A stretch of DNA of 64,000 bases from a virus. Position 1 is the stretch's first letter. Every line of letters starts with the position of its first letter. Below the pieces are notes generated by a model that searched no databases, had not been told where the DNA came from, and saw nothing but the letters and a program-made list of their open reading frames with translations. Of this stretch, positions 38,830 through 49,200 are shown piece by piece. Made by a program: the position numbers and the translations under genes. The stretch lies in IMG/VR virus record IMGVR_UViG_3300023174_000063; one strand, written 5' to 3'.

Positions 38830-39360
38830 ATGACGATGAATTTTAAAAATGGAAAGTCGTCTGTTGCTAGCAAAGCCGACTCAAAAGCAGTCCAGGATTT
38901 GCTTTCAAATGTCATGAAAAATACAGTGCTTACTGAGCTGCCTTTTCATGTTGAGACATGGATTGTTGATGCGGAATTCTATATCGCAGGCATGACAGGC
39001 AATCCATTCGATGATAGCAGTGCGTCTAGCCTTTTAGATGCATATAGCAGTAAAAGTGTTTGTGAGCTTATGATCGACAAACATAATGATGCATTATTGA
39101 CAGGCAGTAGTGCATTTAGCACAGTGATCGGAAATAAGCAGAAATTTATTTGCTTGACGCGTGTTTTTTATCTGGAAAAAATTGCTTACATTGTGGGCTA
39201 CTCAATTGATTCTAGCGATTTACGTGATATTTATAATCAGTTGCTTAGTATTCGAGAGAAGACATACTCGTTACAGAGCAATGAAAAAATAAGAGTTTCT
39301 GTTGATGCAATTTTGAATTCGAATATCTTTAAGATGTTCATTAAAACTGCAGGAGGTTGA
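38830..39360 (+). CDS. Hypothetical protein, possibly PAS-like fold
   Basis: Follows ATACTTA at 38817; see findings. Confidence 0.5.
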   Translation: MTMNFKNGKSSVASKADSKAVQDLLSNVMKNTVLTELPFHVETWIVDAEFYIAGMTGNPFDDSSASSLLDAYSSKSVCELMIDKHNDALLTGSSAFSTVIGNKQKFICLTRVFYLEKIAYIVGYSIDSSDLRDIYNQLLSIREKTYSLQSNEKIRVSVDAILNSNIFKMFIKTAGG

Positions 39361-39362
39361 GT

Positions 39363-39722
39363 ATGTCGTCTGATGATCACCGTGATAGATCTGGAAATTC
39401 AGTTAATACCGATGGGTGGAACGAGTATTCGAGGTTAGTTTTAAAGGAGCTAGAAACATTGGGACACGGCATAGAGAGTCTCAGGAGTGATTTACAGGGT
39501 GTTCGAGGTGATATATCAAAAATACAGGTTCGTTTAGACACTGTTGACGAACTTAAAACATGGAAGAAAAATGTTGAAGAAGTGACATCTGTTACTCAAC
39601 TTAAGGAACTAGTTAAATCAGTGGAAGACTTAAAGTCTTTTAAGATAAAAGCTGTTACAATTTTCACAGTTGTACAGTTTTTAATGGCAGGTAGTGGTCT
39701 ACTAATAAAATACATGGCTTAA
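39363..39722 (+). CDS. Coiled-coil protein with C-terminal transmembrane helix (holin-like candidate)
   Basis: AGGAGG RBS; heptad pattern followed by AVTIFTVVQFLMAGSGLLI. Confidence 0.5.
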   Translation: MSSDDHRDRSGNSVNTDGWNEYSRLVLKELETLGHGIESLRSDLQGVRGDISKIQVRLDTVDELKTWKKNVEEVTSVTQLKELVKSVEDLKSFKIKAVTIFTVVQFLMAGSGLLIKYMA

Positions 39723-39768
39723 TCATGAATTTGAAGACGTGGCTCCTATTTAGGGGAAGGAGTTGCAG

Positions 39769-40944
39769 ATGGCAAATTTTAATGAAACATTAAATCCTAC
39801 GCCTTTTGGATTTTTTGATGGCGACAGTGATTTTCAAGTCGAAGCAGACGCAATGGTTACTTTCGTCAAGAGACGACTCGGAGATGACATTTTAAGTGTT
39901 GAATTGACAAAGAAACAAATTTGGGCATGCTTTGAAGAAGCATTTTGCATGTACGGTGCGATTATTAATCAATACCAGGCAAAATCTCAAATGGCCAGCC
40001 TCATGGGATTCGCAACAGGAACTCTTTCAGGCGCAGAGCAGAAGCTGCCAAGAGAGAATTTTGAGTTTGCACTGCGTAGAGCAGAACCCTATTCTATTGA
40101 GGCAGGATTAGGCGGCGCATACAGGACATTGAGCGGATCAATTCAGCTAGTTCCTGGACAGCAAGACTATGATATTTACGAAGAGCTCAAAGACATGAAC
40201 GGCGATCTAATCGTGTCTAGCTCTTTCAACTCACCTACAAAAAAACTAAAAATCCAAGAAGTATTTCATTTCAATCCTTCTGCAGCATACAGATTTTTTG
40301 ACACAACTTCAGCAGTCAACTACCTAAATAATGAATTTAATTTTGAATCTTTTACTCCTGAGACTGTCTTTTATGTGTTGCCTGTATTCGAAGATGTCTT
40401 AAGAGGCGGAATGCTTAGCATGTCTCAACGTGTTAGAAGATCTAATTTTTCTTACAAAGTAACAGGAACAAAGATTAGAATATTTCCAACTCCCATTGAA
40501 GCAACAGCGCTGCCACGAAGATTATGGATTCGTGTCGCTTTCGCTCCTGATCCTTTAAATCCTCCTTTCAAGGATGATTCTATCTACGGAGTTAGCAACC
40601 TCTCAAATGTTCCCTTTGGTAATCTTCTCTATAATAGAATTAATTCTATTGGACGGCAGTGGACTAGACAGTATACTATTGCACTCTGCAAAGAAATCTT
40701 AGGTCTGGTCAGATCAAAATTTTCGACAGTCCCAATTCCAGGGGCTGAAGTTCAATTAAACGGTGCAGATCTTGTTAGTCAGGGTAGAGAAGAGCAAAAA
40801 GATCTTAAGACAGAACTCAAAGAAATGCTTGAATCCTTGACTTACTCTAAGATACTTGAGACAGAAGTTGCTGCAGCTGACAATCTAAACAAGTTGTTAA
40901 AATTTGTCCCTATGCCTAATGGCAAGGCAATTATCGTAGGCTAA
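39769..40944 (+). CDS. Neck/head-tail adaptor protein (gp13-like)
   Basis: VKRRLG..LSVELTKKQI, WTRQYTIALCKEILGLVRSKF..IPG..VQLNG. Confidence 0.8.
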   Translation: MANFNETLNPTPFGFFDGDSDFQVEADAMVTFVKRRLGDDILSVELTKKQIWACFEEAFCMYGAIINQYQAKSQMASLMGFATGTLSGAEQKLPRENFEFALRRAEPYSIEAGLGGAYRTLSGSIQLVPGQQDYDIYEELKDMNGDLIVSSSFNSPTKKLKIQEVFHFNPSAAYRFFDTTSAVNYLNNEFNFESFTPETVFYVLPVFEDVLRGGMLSMSQRVRRSNFSYKVTGTKIRIFPTPIEATALPRRLWIRVAFAPDPLNPPFKDDSIYGVSNLSNVPFGNLLYNRINSIGRQWTRQYTIALCKEILGLVRSKFSTVPIPGAEVQLNGADLVSQGREEQKDLKTELKEMLESLTYSKILETEVAAADNLNKLLKFVPMPNGKAIIVG

Positions 40945-40945
40945 A

Positions 40946-41593
40946 ATGGCTAGACTTTTTATAACTCCAAGAGAAATAGATTTTATTTCTGATATTACAA
41001 AAGAGCTCATCAAGGATGTTGCAGGTCAGAAAATTTTCTATTTTAGAATTAGAGAAGACTTGAGCAGCGTGCACGATGTGTATGAAGAATCAAGCGACAA
41101 AGTTTTTGATCCTCCTGTAGAGTTAGAGTCGCTAGTAGAATGGAATCCCAATGAGGTTCGAACCAATCGCTTTGGAAGTGAAGAATATCTTTCAGTTACA
41201 GCGCACATTCATGTTAGAGATGTAATTGATAGAAATATTACAGTAAGAGAAGGCGACTATTTTAGCTATGACTCTGTTTATTATGAAATAACTTCAATCA
41301 TCGTCGAGAAACTCATTTTTGGACAAGTAGAGCATATTTCTGGCTATAAGATCACAGGAAAGCAAGTGAGAGCAGGACAAATTAATATTCGTCCAATCTC
41401 TCCGCTCACAGAAAACACAGACGAGACAGATGCAATTCAAGAGGTTTTTATCCAGCAACGTGGTAATGAGACAAATGAGCTTGGAGTCACCGGTGACAAG
41501 CGCGCGCTCGTTGATCAGGGTAAACTCGATTCTGCGACACCACAAAAAGTTGAAAAAGACGGTATTACATCTTCTTTCTACGGAGATGAATAA
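40946..41593 (+). CDS. Head-closure/neck protein (gp14-like)
   Basis: DVYEES..KVFDPPV, VREGDYF...YYEI; follows the gp13-like gene. Confidence 0.65.
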   Translation: MARLFITPREIDFISDITKELIKDVAGQKIFYFRIREDLSSVHDVYEESSDKVFDPPVELESLVEWNPNEVRTNRFGSEEYLSVTAHIHVRDVIDRNITVREGDYFSYDSVYYEITSIIVEKLIFGQVEHISGYKITGKQVRAGQINIRPISPLTENTDETDAIQEVFIQQRGNETNELGVTGDKRALVDQGKLDSATPQKVEKDGITSSFYGDE

Positions 41594-41595
41594 AA

Positions 41596-42918
41596 ATGTC
41601 AACCAGGTACACACAATTTCCAGGTTCGATTAAGAGAGAAGCAACTGGATATGAAGGCACCAACGTGTCTGATGATTTTGTTTTGCCTTCATGTACGCTA
41701 GAAGACGCTGATCGCTCTGTTTTTAATTTATTTAATGAGCAGCTGCCTTTGCAATTTTATCAAAATGATGAGCTTAAAAGGATCCCGGTAATTTTTGCTA
41801 CGGGTGAAAGATTTGCAGTTCTTAATAGAAAAGAGCCCCTTAGAGACAGAAATAAAACTCTAATACTCCCTCTCATCTCAATTATGAGAACTAGCATTAA
41901 TCAGAACCCTGATAATCAACATGGCCCAGGCCAGATGCATCCTTCCAAATTAAAAATTAAAATTTCGCCTGAAAGTGACACATATCAGCGACTTGTTAAC
42001 AAGTTGGGCCTTTCAAATCAAGATAATTTGGCAAGTGAATCTCATTTATCTGACGGGGGGGTGTTGCCCGGGACCGTCGCCACCAGGAGAGAAAGAAGCA
42101 CACAGGCGCAGTCAACAATTGAAGGAAAGCTTCTTACGCCAAGCCTAGAAGACAATATCTACGAAATTATTACGATGCCTCCTGTCAAGTTTTATCAAGC
42201 GACTTATAACGTAACTATTTGGGCGCAATTTACCAAGCAGATGAACGAGATTTTGTCTGCAATCATGAGCTCTTATCAAAATAATTACGGCAGAACGTTT
42301 AGGCTCGAGACCAGCAAAGGATATTGGTTTGTAGGTTATGTCGCTAGCGATTTTTCAGCAGGTGAAAACTATGATGATTTTACTGATTCTGAAAGACTAA
42401 TTAAGCAATCATTTGACATTAAGGTTAATGCGTATCTTGTGATGCCTGAGTTTCCTGGAAGTCCTAATGGGCTTCGTAGAAGTATTTCTGCTCCCACAAT
42501 TGAGTTTACAGTTACTAGCATTAATGCAGAGATATCTCAAAATATGAATGCTAACGTGCCTAGTCATTCTAAAGAAGCTTTCATTTTAGACGATATTTCT
42601 AATGTGGGAGATGGACTTCCCGGTCAGGCAATTGCTGTCAATGAAGTTAATTCTGGGTTGGCAAGAATTGGTGAAAATGTTGATCAAAGCAGCGTTATCG
42701 ATGACAGTAATCTCCAGGGGCCCAGTGTTGTTGGTGAATTTGCAGCGGGCAAAGATGACTTAATTCTCTATAGATACGATGTTAATCCTTTTACAGGAAA
42801 AAGAAAGAAGATTCCTGTTAGAGCAAGAAAGATGAGACCTGTTGCCGGCGGATCAGAGAGTCGTCAGGGAGAGACAATTTATCGTGAAGAATGGATAGTT
42901 GATATTGGAGATATTTAA
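41596..42918 (+). CDS. Tail completion/terminator protein (gp15-like)
   Basis: IPVIFATGERF, LILPLISIMR, YNVTIWAQFTKQMNEIL; precedes the sheath genes. Confidence 0.7.
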   Translation: MSTRYTQFPGSIKREATGYEGTNVSDDFVLPSCTLEDADRSVFNLFNEQLPLQFYQNDELKRIPVIFATGERFAVLNRKEPLRDRNKTLILPLISIMRTSINQNPDNQHGPGQMHPSKLKIKISPESDTYQRLVNKLGLSNQDNLASESHLSDGGVLPGTVATRRERSTQAQSTIEGKLLTPSLEDNIYEIITMPPVKFYQATYNVTIWAQFTKQMNEILSAIMSSYQNNYGRTFRLETSKGYWFVGYVASDFSAGENYDDFTDSERLIKQSFDIKVNAYLVMPEFPGSPNGLRRSISAPTIEFTVTSINAEISQNMNANVPSHSKEAFILDDISNVGDGLPGQAIAVNEVNSGLARIGENVDQSSVIDDSNLQGPSVVGEFAAGKDDLILYRYDVNPFTGKRKKIPVRARKMRPVAGGSESRQGETIYREEWIVDIGDI

Positions 42919-43022
42919 CTTCAAAGTTTTTTACATTTGCAATAAATGAAAATTTTCAATTTTACACGATACTTATCTTAGTAAATCTACACATAACATT
43001 TTGAGTCCAAGGAGATATATCA

Positions 43023-46000
43023 ATGGCTGAGCAAACTTTCAGATCACCTGGATTTTTTGAACAGGAAATTGATCTTTCAGCTAGAAGTGCAACTGCATCA
43101 GGTACACCTGGCGGCATTATTGGCACTGCAGAGAAAGGTCCTGCATTTGTACCCGTAACAGTTGGAAATCTAACTGATTTTGAAAATAGATTTGGATTTC
43201 TCAGCATTGACAGATTTGGTCCATATGCGGTTAGAGAATTTCTCAAGAGCAAAAATGCGCTAACATACGTAAGAGTCTTGGGTGCAGGAACAAATGAAAC
43301 TGCAGCGGAACGCTTCCAGACACAAGTAGCAGGTGTTTCAAAAAATGCCGGCTTTAAAGTTGTAGGCCTTGACAGTGAGGTTCCTGCAGGACACGTTCAA
43401 TTCATCATTGCAAAGCACAATGTCAATACATACGAGTCAGCCGGCTTCCCGATCTTTACAGATAATTTGTCTTACGACCTTACTGACAACACTGTTAATC
43501 TTGTGAGAGGTGTTCTCTTTACAACGACAGGATCTCAGTTTGATATAATGCATCACAATGAGACAGTTGCAGAGTTTCTCGGTAGTCCACATGCCTTTGG
43601 AACACTAGACGCAAATTCTAATTTTAGACTCATTCTGTCTTCAGCAGCCGGCACTGCATTTTCGAATGACGAAGGTTCTGCTGGAATTAAGGTTTTTACT
43701 GCTTCGCTTGATCCTAGCAGCATGTCTTATATTGGAAGAGTTCTAAATACAAATCCAGATCGCTTCCAAGAAGAGCAGCATTTGCTCTATCTAGACTTGC
43801 CTATTGAGACTGAGCTGGCAAAGGTCGAAAATATTGTGGCAGGGCTATCGACGTTTGGTCCCGTTGGAATTGTGTTGGGAACAGAAAGCACTACAGACTC
43901 TGGCTATTTTACAGACTCGACTTTTAAAGAGTTATTTGGGCGTTATGATTCAAGATTTACCACACCCAAGACACCCTCGTTTATTTCGCAGCCATATGGA
44001 ACAACTGAGTACGATCTCTTTAGTTTCGAAACTATTAGCGATGGCGCCTGGGGAAATTCTCGATACAAGATTTCTATTGCGAACATTAGAAAATCAAATG
44101 ACCCACTAAATCCGTATGGAACATTTGATGTTCAGCTCAGAAACTTTAACGATTCTGATCTTTCACCCGAAATTTTAGAGTACTACCCTGAATGTGACTT
44201 AAATCCTTCGAGTGAAAATTATATCGCTAGAAAGATTGGAGACAAGAAGGTTTTCTATAACTTCGACGCAACTGATGATTCTGAAAGACGTCTTATTGTA
44301 ACAGGAAAATATGAAAATATTTCTCCTAGAATTCGAATTCTAGTTAGCGACAACGTCGAAATGAGAAAAATCCCTAATGATGCATTGCCCTTTGGCTTTA
44401 GAGGCATTCCTGTCATCAAAACTAACAATCAGCTAACAGATCACGGTGATCTTATTGCTGATAGAAATGGCAGACAATTAGGCACTGAAGGCAATAGAGT
44501 TGTTGGAGCTTATGGGACAGGTGATGGAGAGGATCTTCTTGCGACTATTGAGACAGGTGCAATAGTTCCTCCGCTACCCTTTAGATTTAAATGCACTAGG
44601 GGTGCTGTTAATACAAGCCCATCGTACACAGGACATGTTGGCAAAAATGAAAGAGCAGACTCTAGATTCTACTGGGGTGTCAAGTTTGAAAAGCTGCCAT
44701 CAACAGGTAGCACAGACAATGCCATTCTTAATGCAAATATTAGCTCTGAGATTAATCCTCTAGTTGCTGCATATAGTAAGTTTCAGGGTATTGATAAAAT
44801 TGATACGCTAGTTACAGGATCTGCCAGAGATTATTTCAATGACAATAAGTTTACTCTTGCAAGAGTTGCTCTTCGCAATGGAATGATGTCGGGTCATATC
44901 ACAGATGTAACAGGCACTGCTAGAGATCACATGCTTGAAGCTGCATATATTAGACATGCAAATCCTAGATCAACAGACTACACAATCACAGAGAATATTG
45001 GTGGTATCGATGTAGATAGAATTACTCTTGCGACTCTTGTTCATAGCACATCAACAGTCTTTAATCGCTTCCAAGAGTTTAGCAAGTTTACAACTTTGTT
45101 CTACGGCGGTTTTGACGGTCTTAATATTCTAGACAAAGACATTCGCTTAATGTCAGATAGAGCTTCATCTGCAGACGCAGGTGGAAAAGCAGGAGTTTCG
45201 ATTGAAGGCGGCTTGGGCCTCTCAGGATCAGATGATGGATCACTTTCAGGCATTGGAACCAAGAACAACATTGTTAGCTCATATCGCGCAGCAGTCGACA
45301 TCATTACAGACCCGATGTCATCTAACATCAATATTCTCGCCATTCCTGGAATGAGAGATTCATTTATCACAGATTATGCAGCAGAAAAGGTCAAGGACTT
45401 TGGACTTGCAATTTATCTGATGGATATTCCAAACTATGATGTCGATGGCAACCGTCTATTTGATGACTCCTCATCAAGAGTTGATCCTCGAGAAACTTCA
45501 GAAGTTTTTGAGTCACGCGTTATTGACAACAACTATGTTGCAACGTACTTCCCAGATGTATACATGATTGAGCCGGCTAATTTGAGCAGCGTTAAAGTTC
45601 CTCCCTCTGTTTCTGCAATGGGTGCACTTGCATACAACGATAGAATTTCTTATCCCTGGTTTGCACCAGCCGGATTCAATAGAGGAGCGCTCGACACAGT
45701 TACAAACGTTGACGTTCGACTCAATACTTCAGATAGAGATGTACTTTACGATGCAAGAATTAATCCTATTGCATCATTCCCGGCAGGTGGCTTTGTAATT
45801 TTTGGTCAAAAGACGCTGCAGATGGCAAAGTCAGCCCTTGATCGTGTCAATGTTAGAAGACTTCTTATCGAAGTCAAGAGAATTGTTGCATCTCAAGCTG
45901 GCAGACTCCTATTTGAGCAAAATAATGCTGCCACAAGAAATCGATTTGTCTCGCAGGTTACACCGCTTCTAGCACTCGTTCAGGCTCAGGCCGGAATTGA

Positions 46001-46154
46001 GCAGTTTAGAGTAATTTGTGACACTACGAATAATTCGCAGTCTGATGTTGATGAGAATAGGATGAACGGAAAGATCATAATCGTTCCAACTAGAGCAATT
46101 GAGTACATCTCGATCGATTTCGTAATAACAAATAGCGGCGTTATCTTCGAATAA
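43023..46154 (+). CDS. Tail sheath protein 1
   Basis: FRSPGFFEQEID, KGPAFVP, WFAPAGFNRG, RINPI, FGQKTLQ, LDRVNVRRLL and PTRAIEYISIDF. Confidence 0.95.
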   Translation: MAEQTFRSPGFFEQEIDLSARSATASGTPGGIIGTAEKGPAFVPVTVGNLTDFENRFGFLSIDRFGPYAVREFLKSKNALTYVRVLGAGTNETAAERFQTQVAGVSKNAGFKVVGLDSEVPAGHVQFIIAKHNVNTYESAGFPIFTDNLSYDLTDNTVNLVRGVLFTTTGSQFDIMHHNETVAEFLGSPHAFGTLDANSNFRLILSSAAGTAFSNDEGSAGIKVFTASLDPSSMSYIGRVLNTNPDRFQEEQHLLYLDLPIETELAKVENIVAGLSTFGPVGIVLGTESTTDSGYFTDSTFKELFGRYDSRFTTPKTPSFISQPYGTTEYDLFSFETISDGAWGNSRYKISIANIRKSNDPLNPYGTFDVQLRNFNDSDLSPEILEYYPECDLNPSSENYIARKIGDKKVFYNFDATDDSERRLIVTGKYENISPRIRILVSDNVEMRKIPNDALPFGFRGIPVIKTNNQLTDHGDLIADRNGRQLGTEGNRVVGAYGTGDGEDLLATIETGAIVPPLPFRFKCTRGAVNTSPSYTGHVGKNERADSRFYWGVKFEKLPSTGSTDNAILNANISSEINPLVAAYSKFQGIDKIDTLVTGSARDYFNDNKFTLARVALRNGMMSGHITDVTGTARDHMLEAAYIRHANPRSTDYTITENIGGIDVDRITLATLVHSTSTVFNRFQEFSKFTTLFYGGFDGLNILDKDIRLMSDRASSADAGGKAGVSIEGGLGLSGSDDGSLSGIGTKNNIVSSYRAAVDIITDPMSSNINILAIPGMRDSFITDYAAEKVKDFGLAIYLMDIPNYDVDGNRLFDDSSSRVDPRETSEVFESRVIDNNYVATYFPDVYMIEPANLSSVKVPPSVSAMGALAYNDRISYPWFAPAGFNRGALDTVTNVDVRLNTSDRDVLYDARINPIASFPAGGFVIFGQKTLQMAKSALDRVNVRRLLIEVKRIVASQAGRLLFEQNNAATRNRFVSQVTPLLALVQAQAGIEQFRVICDTTNNSQSDVDENRMNGKIIIVPTRAIEYISIDFVITNSGVIFE

Positions 46155-46208
46155 GACATATGTATTACTTGAATAAACTTAAGATTAATGTGACAGGAGT
46201 GTAAGACG

Positions 46209-49200
46209 ATGGCATCACCATTTAAGAGCCCGGGCGTTTCTACAAGAGAAATTGATGTCTCTGGACCAACTTCTATTTCGCCGCAAGGAATTCCTGCAGG
46301 TGTTATCGGAACTTCACAAAAGGGACGCGCATTTGTTCCAATCACATTTGCGACCTATAGAGACTTTATTGCAGAGTTCGGAAGCTCTGATGGCGAGAAG
46401 TTTGGTCCACTTGCCGTCAATGAGTGGATGAGAAATTCTCGCGCTGGAACATATGTTAGAGTTCTAGGCATTGGTGATGGTAAGCGCCGCACAGACGATG
46501 GTGTCAATGCTGGTCGCATTAATAACGCAGGATTTGTTGTTGGATCAAGCCAAGTTCAATCTAGCGGCTTTGTAGGTGGAAATCCATTTGCAAATTCTGA
46601 TGTCATTACGGCGGTTGTCACTCAGGCCGGAGGAATCGGTGTCGCTCTTCAAGAGAGCCTAACATTCCTAGGTGTTCCTGCTGCAGGGACTAGTCTTTCG
46701 CTTACAGGCAGTGATGGTGAATTTACTGTTGTCACATTTGTTAACGATTCAACTCCAGGCGTTAATGAAATTGATGTCGGTGCGTTGGGAAATGCTGATG
46801 AAGCTGCGGCTGCACTTCAAGCAGTTATAGACAGTATAGACACATTTTCGGCTGTTGTTGATGGGTCTGTCGTTACAGTTACCAGTGATGCTGGACTAAG
46901 TGCAGCATCTATCACTGTTTCTGAGCCGGCACCTGCTCCGGGTAGAACTCACTTCCTTGCGACATTCATGAGAGAGACGTCTGCTGGCAGTGCAAATATA
47001 TTGAATGATGCTCTCGGTGAGGGAACTATCACTAGCGACCAAGGTTTTCCAATTTTAAGAGGAATTATTTTTGCAGCTTCAGGTGTTAATCTTTCTCTCT
47101 CTACAGACGTGGTAGATAATAACACACCAGATCCTTCACTTAGAGCATTTTTTGATTTTGGTGTCGCAAGAGACGCAGGTGCTTCGCACGGTACCGTTAC
47201 AACAGCAGACGGCAAGCAGACATTTGTAATGATTCTTAACGGCCACAAGCCTAGTGATTTACACAACAATGTAATTACTGCTTCATTTGATCCAACGGCT
47301 GCCGATTATTTTGCCAATGTCTTCAATACCGACCCACACAAGATCGAAGAGGCAGGTCATTTACTTTACGCACACTATGACGTCTACCCTTCAATTGCAG
47401 TTCCTGGTGCAGCTTATGGAAGTGGCGAGAATTCTGCAACTTTAACTGTTAATGATGAAGCCGTCAATAACATTGATCTCGTTGCAAATCTTACATTCGA
47501 TAGAGTTCCTTCGGCTGGAACTACTGTCACTCTTACAGATAATGAAGACACAAATACTGTTATCACGTTTGTTGCCGGTGCAGCAGGTCCAAATGAAATC
47601 AGTATTGTTGGATTGGCAGATAATGTTGAAGCTGCAGCAGCACTTCAAGAAGTCATAAATGGTATTGCAACATTTACCGCTGCGGCCGAAGAGGAGAGTC
47701 CTGTCGTTACAGTCACCGGTGCCTCGGCAACTGGTGGTACTCTTCCGGCAATTGAATTAGACGGTGTTAATATTGTTTCACTTGTCATCACCAATGCTGC
47801 AGAACCCGGTGAAGATCTTGAAGTTAACATAACATTTAGTGATATTCCCACGGCAGGCACTTTCTTTGACTTCACTAACGGCGATGGTGAAGAAGTTAGA
47901 ATTACATTTGTTGCAGCTGCACCAGCAGGAAATCAAATCAGTATTGCTGGATTGGCAGATGCTGCAGCAGCTGCTTCTGCTTTAGCAAATAAGATCAATG
48001 ATGTACTGGGCGGTTTTTTTACTGCTTCAACGGATCTGTTAACACCTACTGTTGTTAACGTTATAGGAGACAATACTCCCGCTGGAGCATCTGCACCAAC
48101 AATTAGTTATAGTGAAACCGGTTCTATTTCAATAGAAATAGATACTGTACCGATCGCCGGCGTTAATTTATCAGTTGAAATTGATTTTTCGGCTGTTCCC
48201 TATCCCGGGGATTCATTTACATTTACACCCAGGGACGGAGGAGAACCTGTAACAATAACTTTTGTCGATGATGCAGCCCCAGCAGCTAATGAAATTAATG
48301 TCGGTGATTTAGAAGATGCAAATGATGCTGCAATTGCCTTAGAAAACAAGATCAACTTAATAGCACTCGGCTTGGATGATTTTTTCTCTGCAATTAGCGT
48401 TGGCACTACCGTTACAGTTACAGGCTTTGTAGGCACTGGTGAAATCTCCTTGCCGCTGGCTGTTTTTTCTCCTTTAGTAAATGATGCCGCGCTTCTTTTA
48501 CACGGAGCTTCTAGCTGGAACGTTCCAGACGGCTTAAAGCCAAACTATGAGAATTTTGAAGAAAGATTCCAGACAGCAAAATCACCCTGGTTTATTTCAC
48601 AGAAGTTTGGTGGCAAAAACAAGAAGCTCTTTAGAGTTCATTCGATCGACGACGGTGCTGCAGGAAACAGTGAATTTAAAATTACGATTGAAAACATTGC
48701 AGCTAGCAACAATGTCAATTATAAGTACGGCACTTTTGATCTCTTGGTTAGAAGCATTAATGACACAGATATTGAACCCATCGTTCTTGAGTCATTTAGA
48801 GGTCTAACATTAGATCCATCTTCTGCAAGATATGTAGCTAGAGTCATTGGTGATCGACATGTCTTCTACGATCTAGATCAGCTAACCGGTAGACAAAAGC
48901 TAAGAATTGAAGGTTCTTACCCAAATTCTTCTAGATATATTCGCATAGAGGTTGAGCCGCAAGTTTCAAGGCAAAATGTTAATTCTGAAAGTTTGCCTGT
49001 GGGATTTGAGGGTTTTGCACACACAAATACATCAGGAAGAATTGCCGCTGATGATGATTCACTCTTGACAGGGTATGTGGCAGGTGCATCAGGTCTTGGT
49101 GTTGCTGATTTTGCAAAGGTAAAAGAGCCACCTGTTCCAATGAGAACTTCACTAACCCAGGGAGTTGAGCTAGCAAAGAAACTTAACAGCAAGCTTACGT

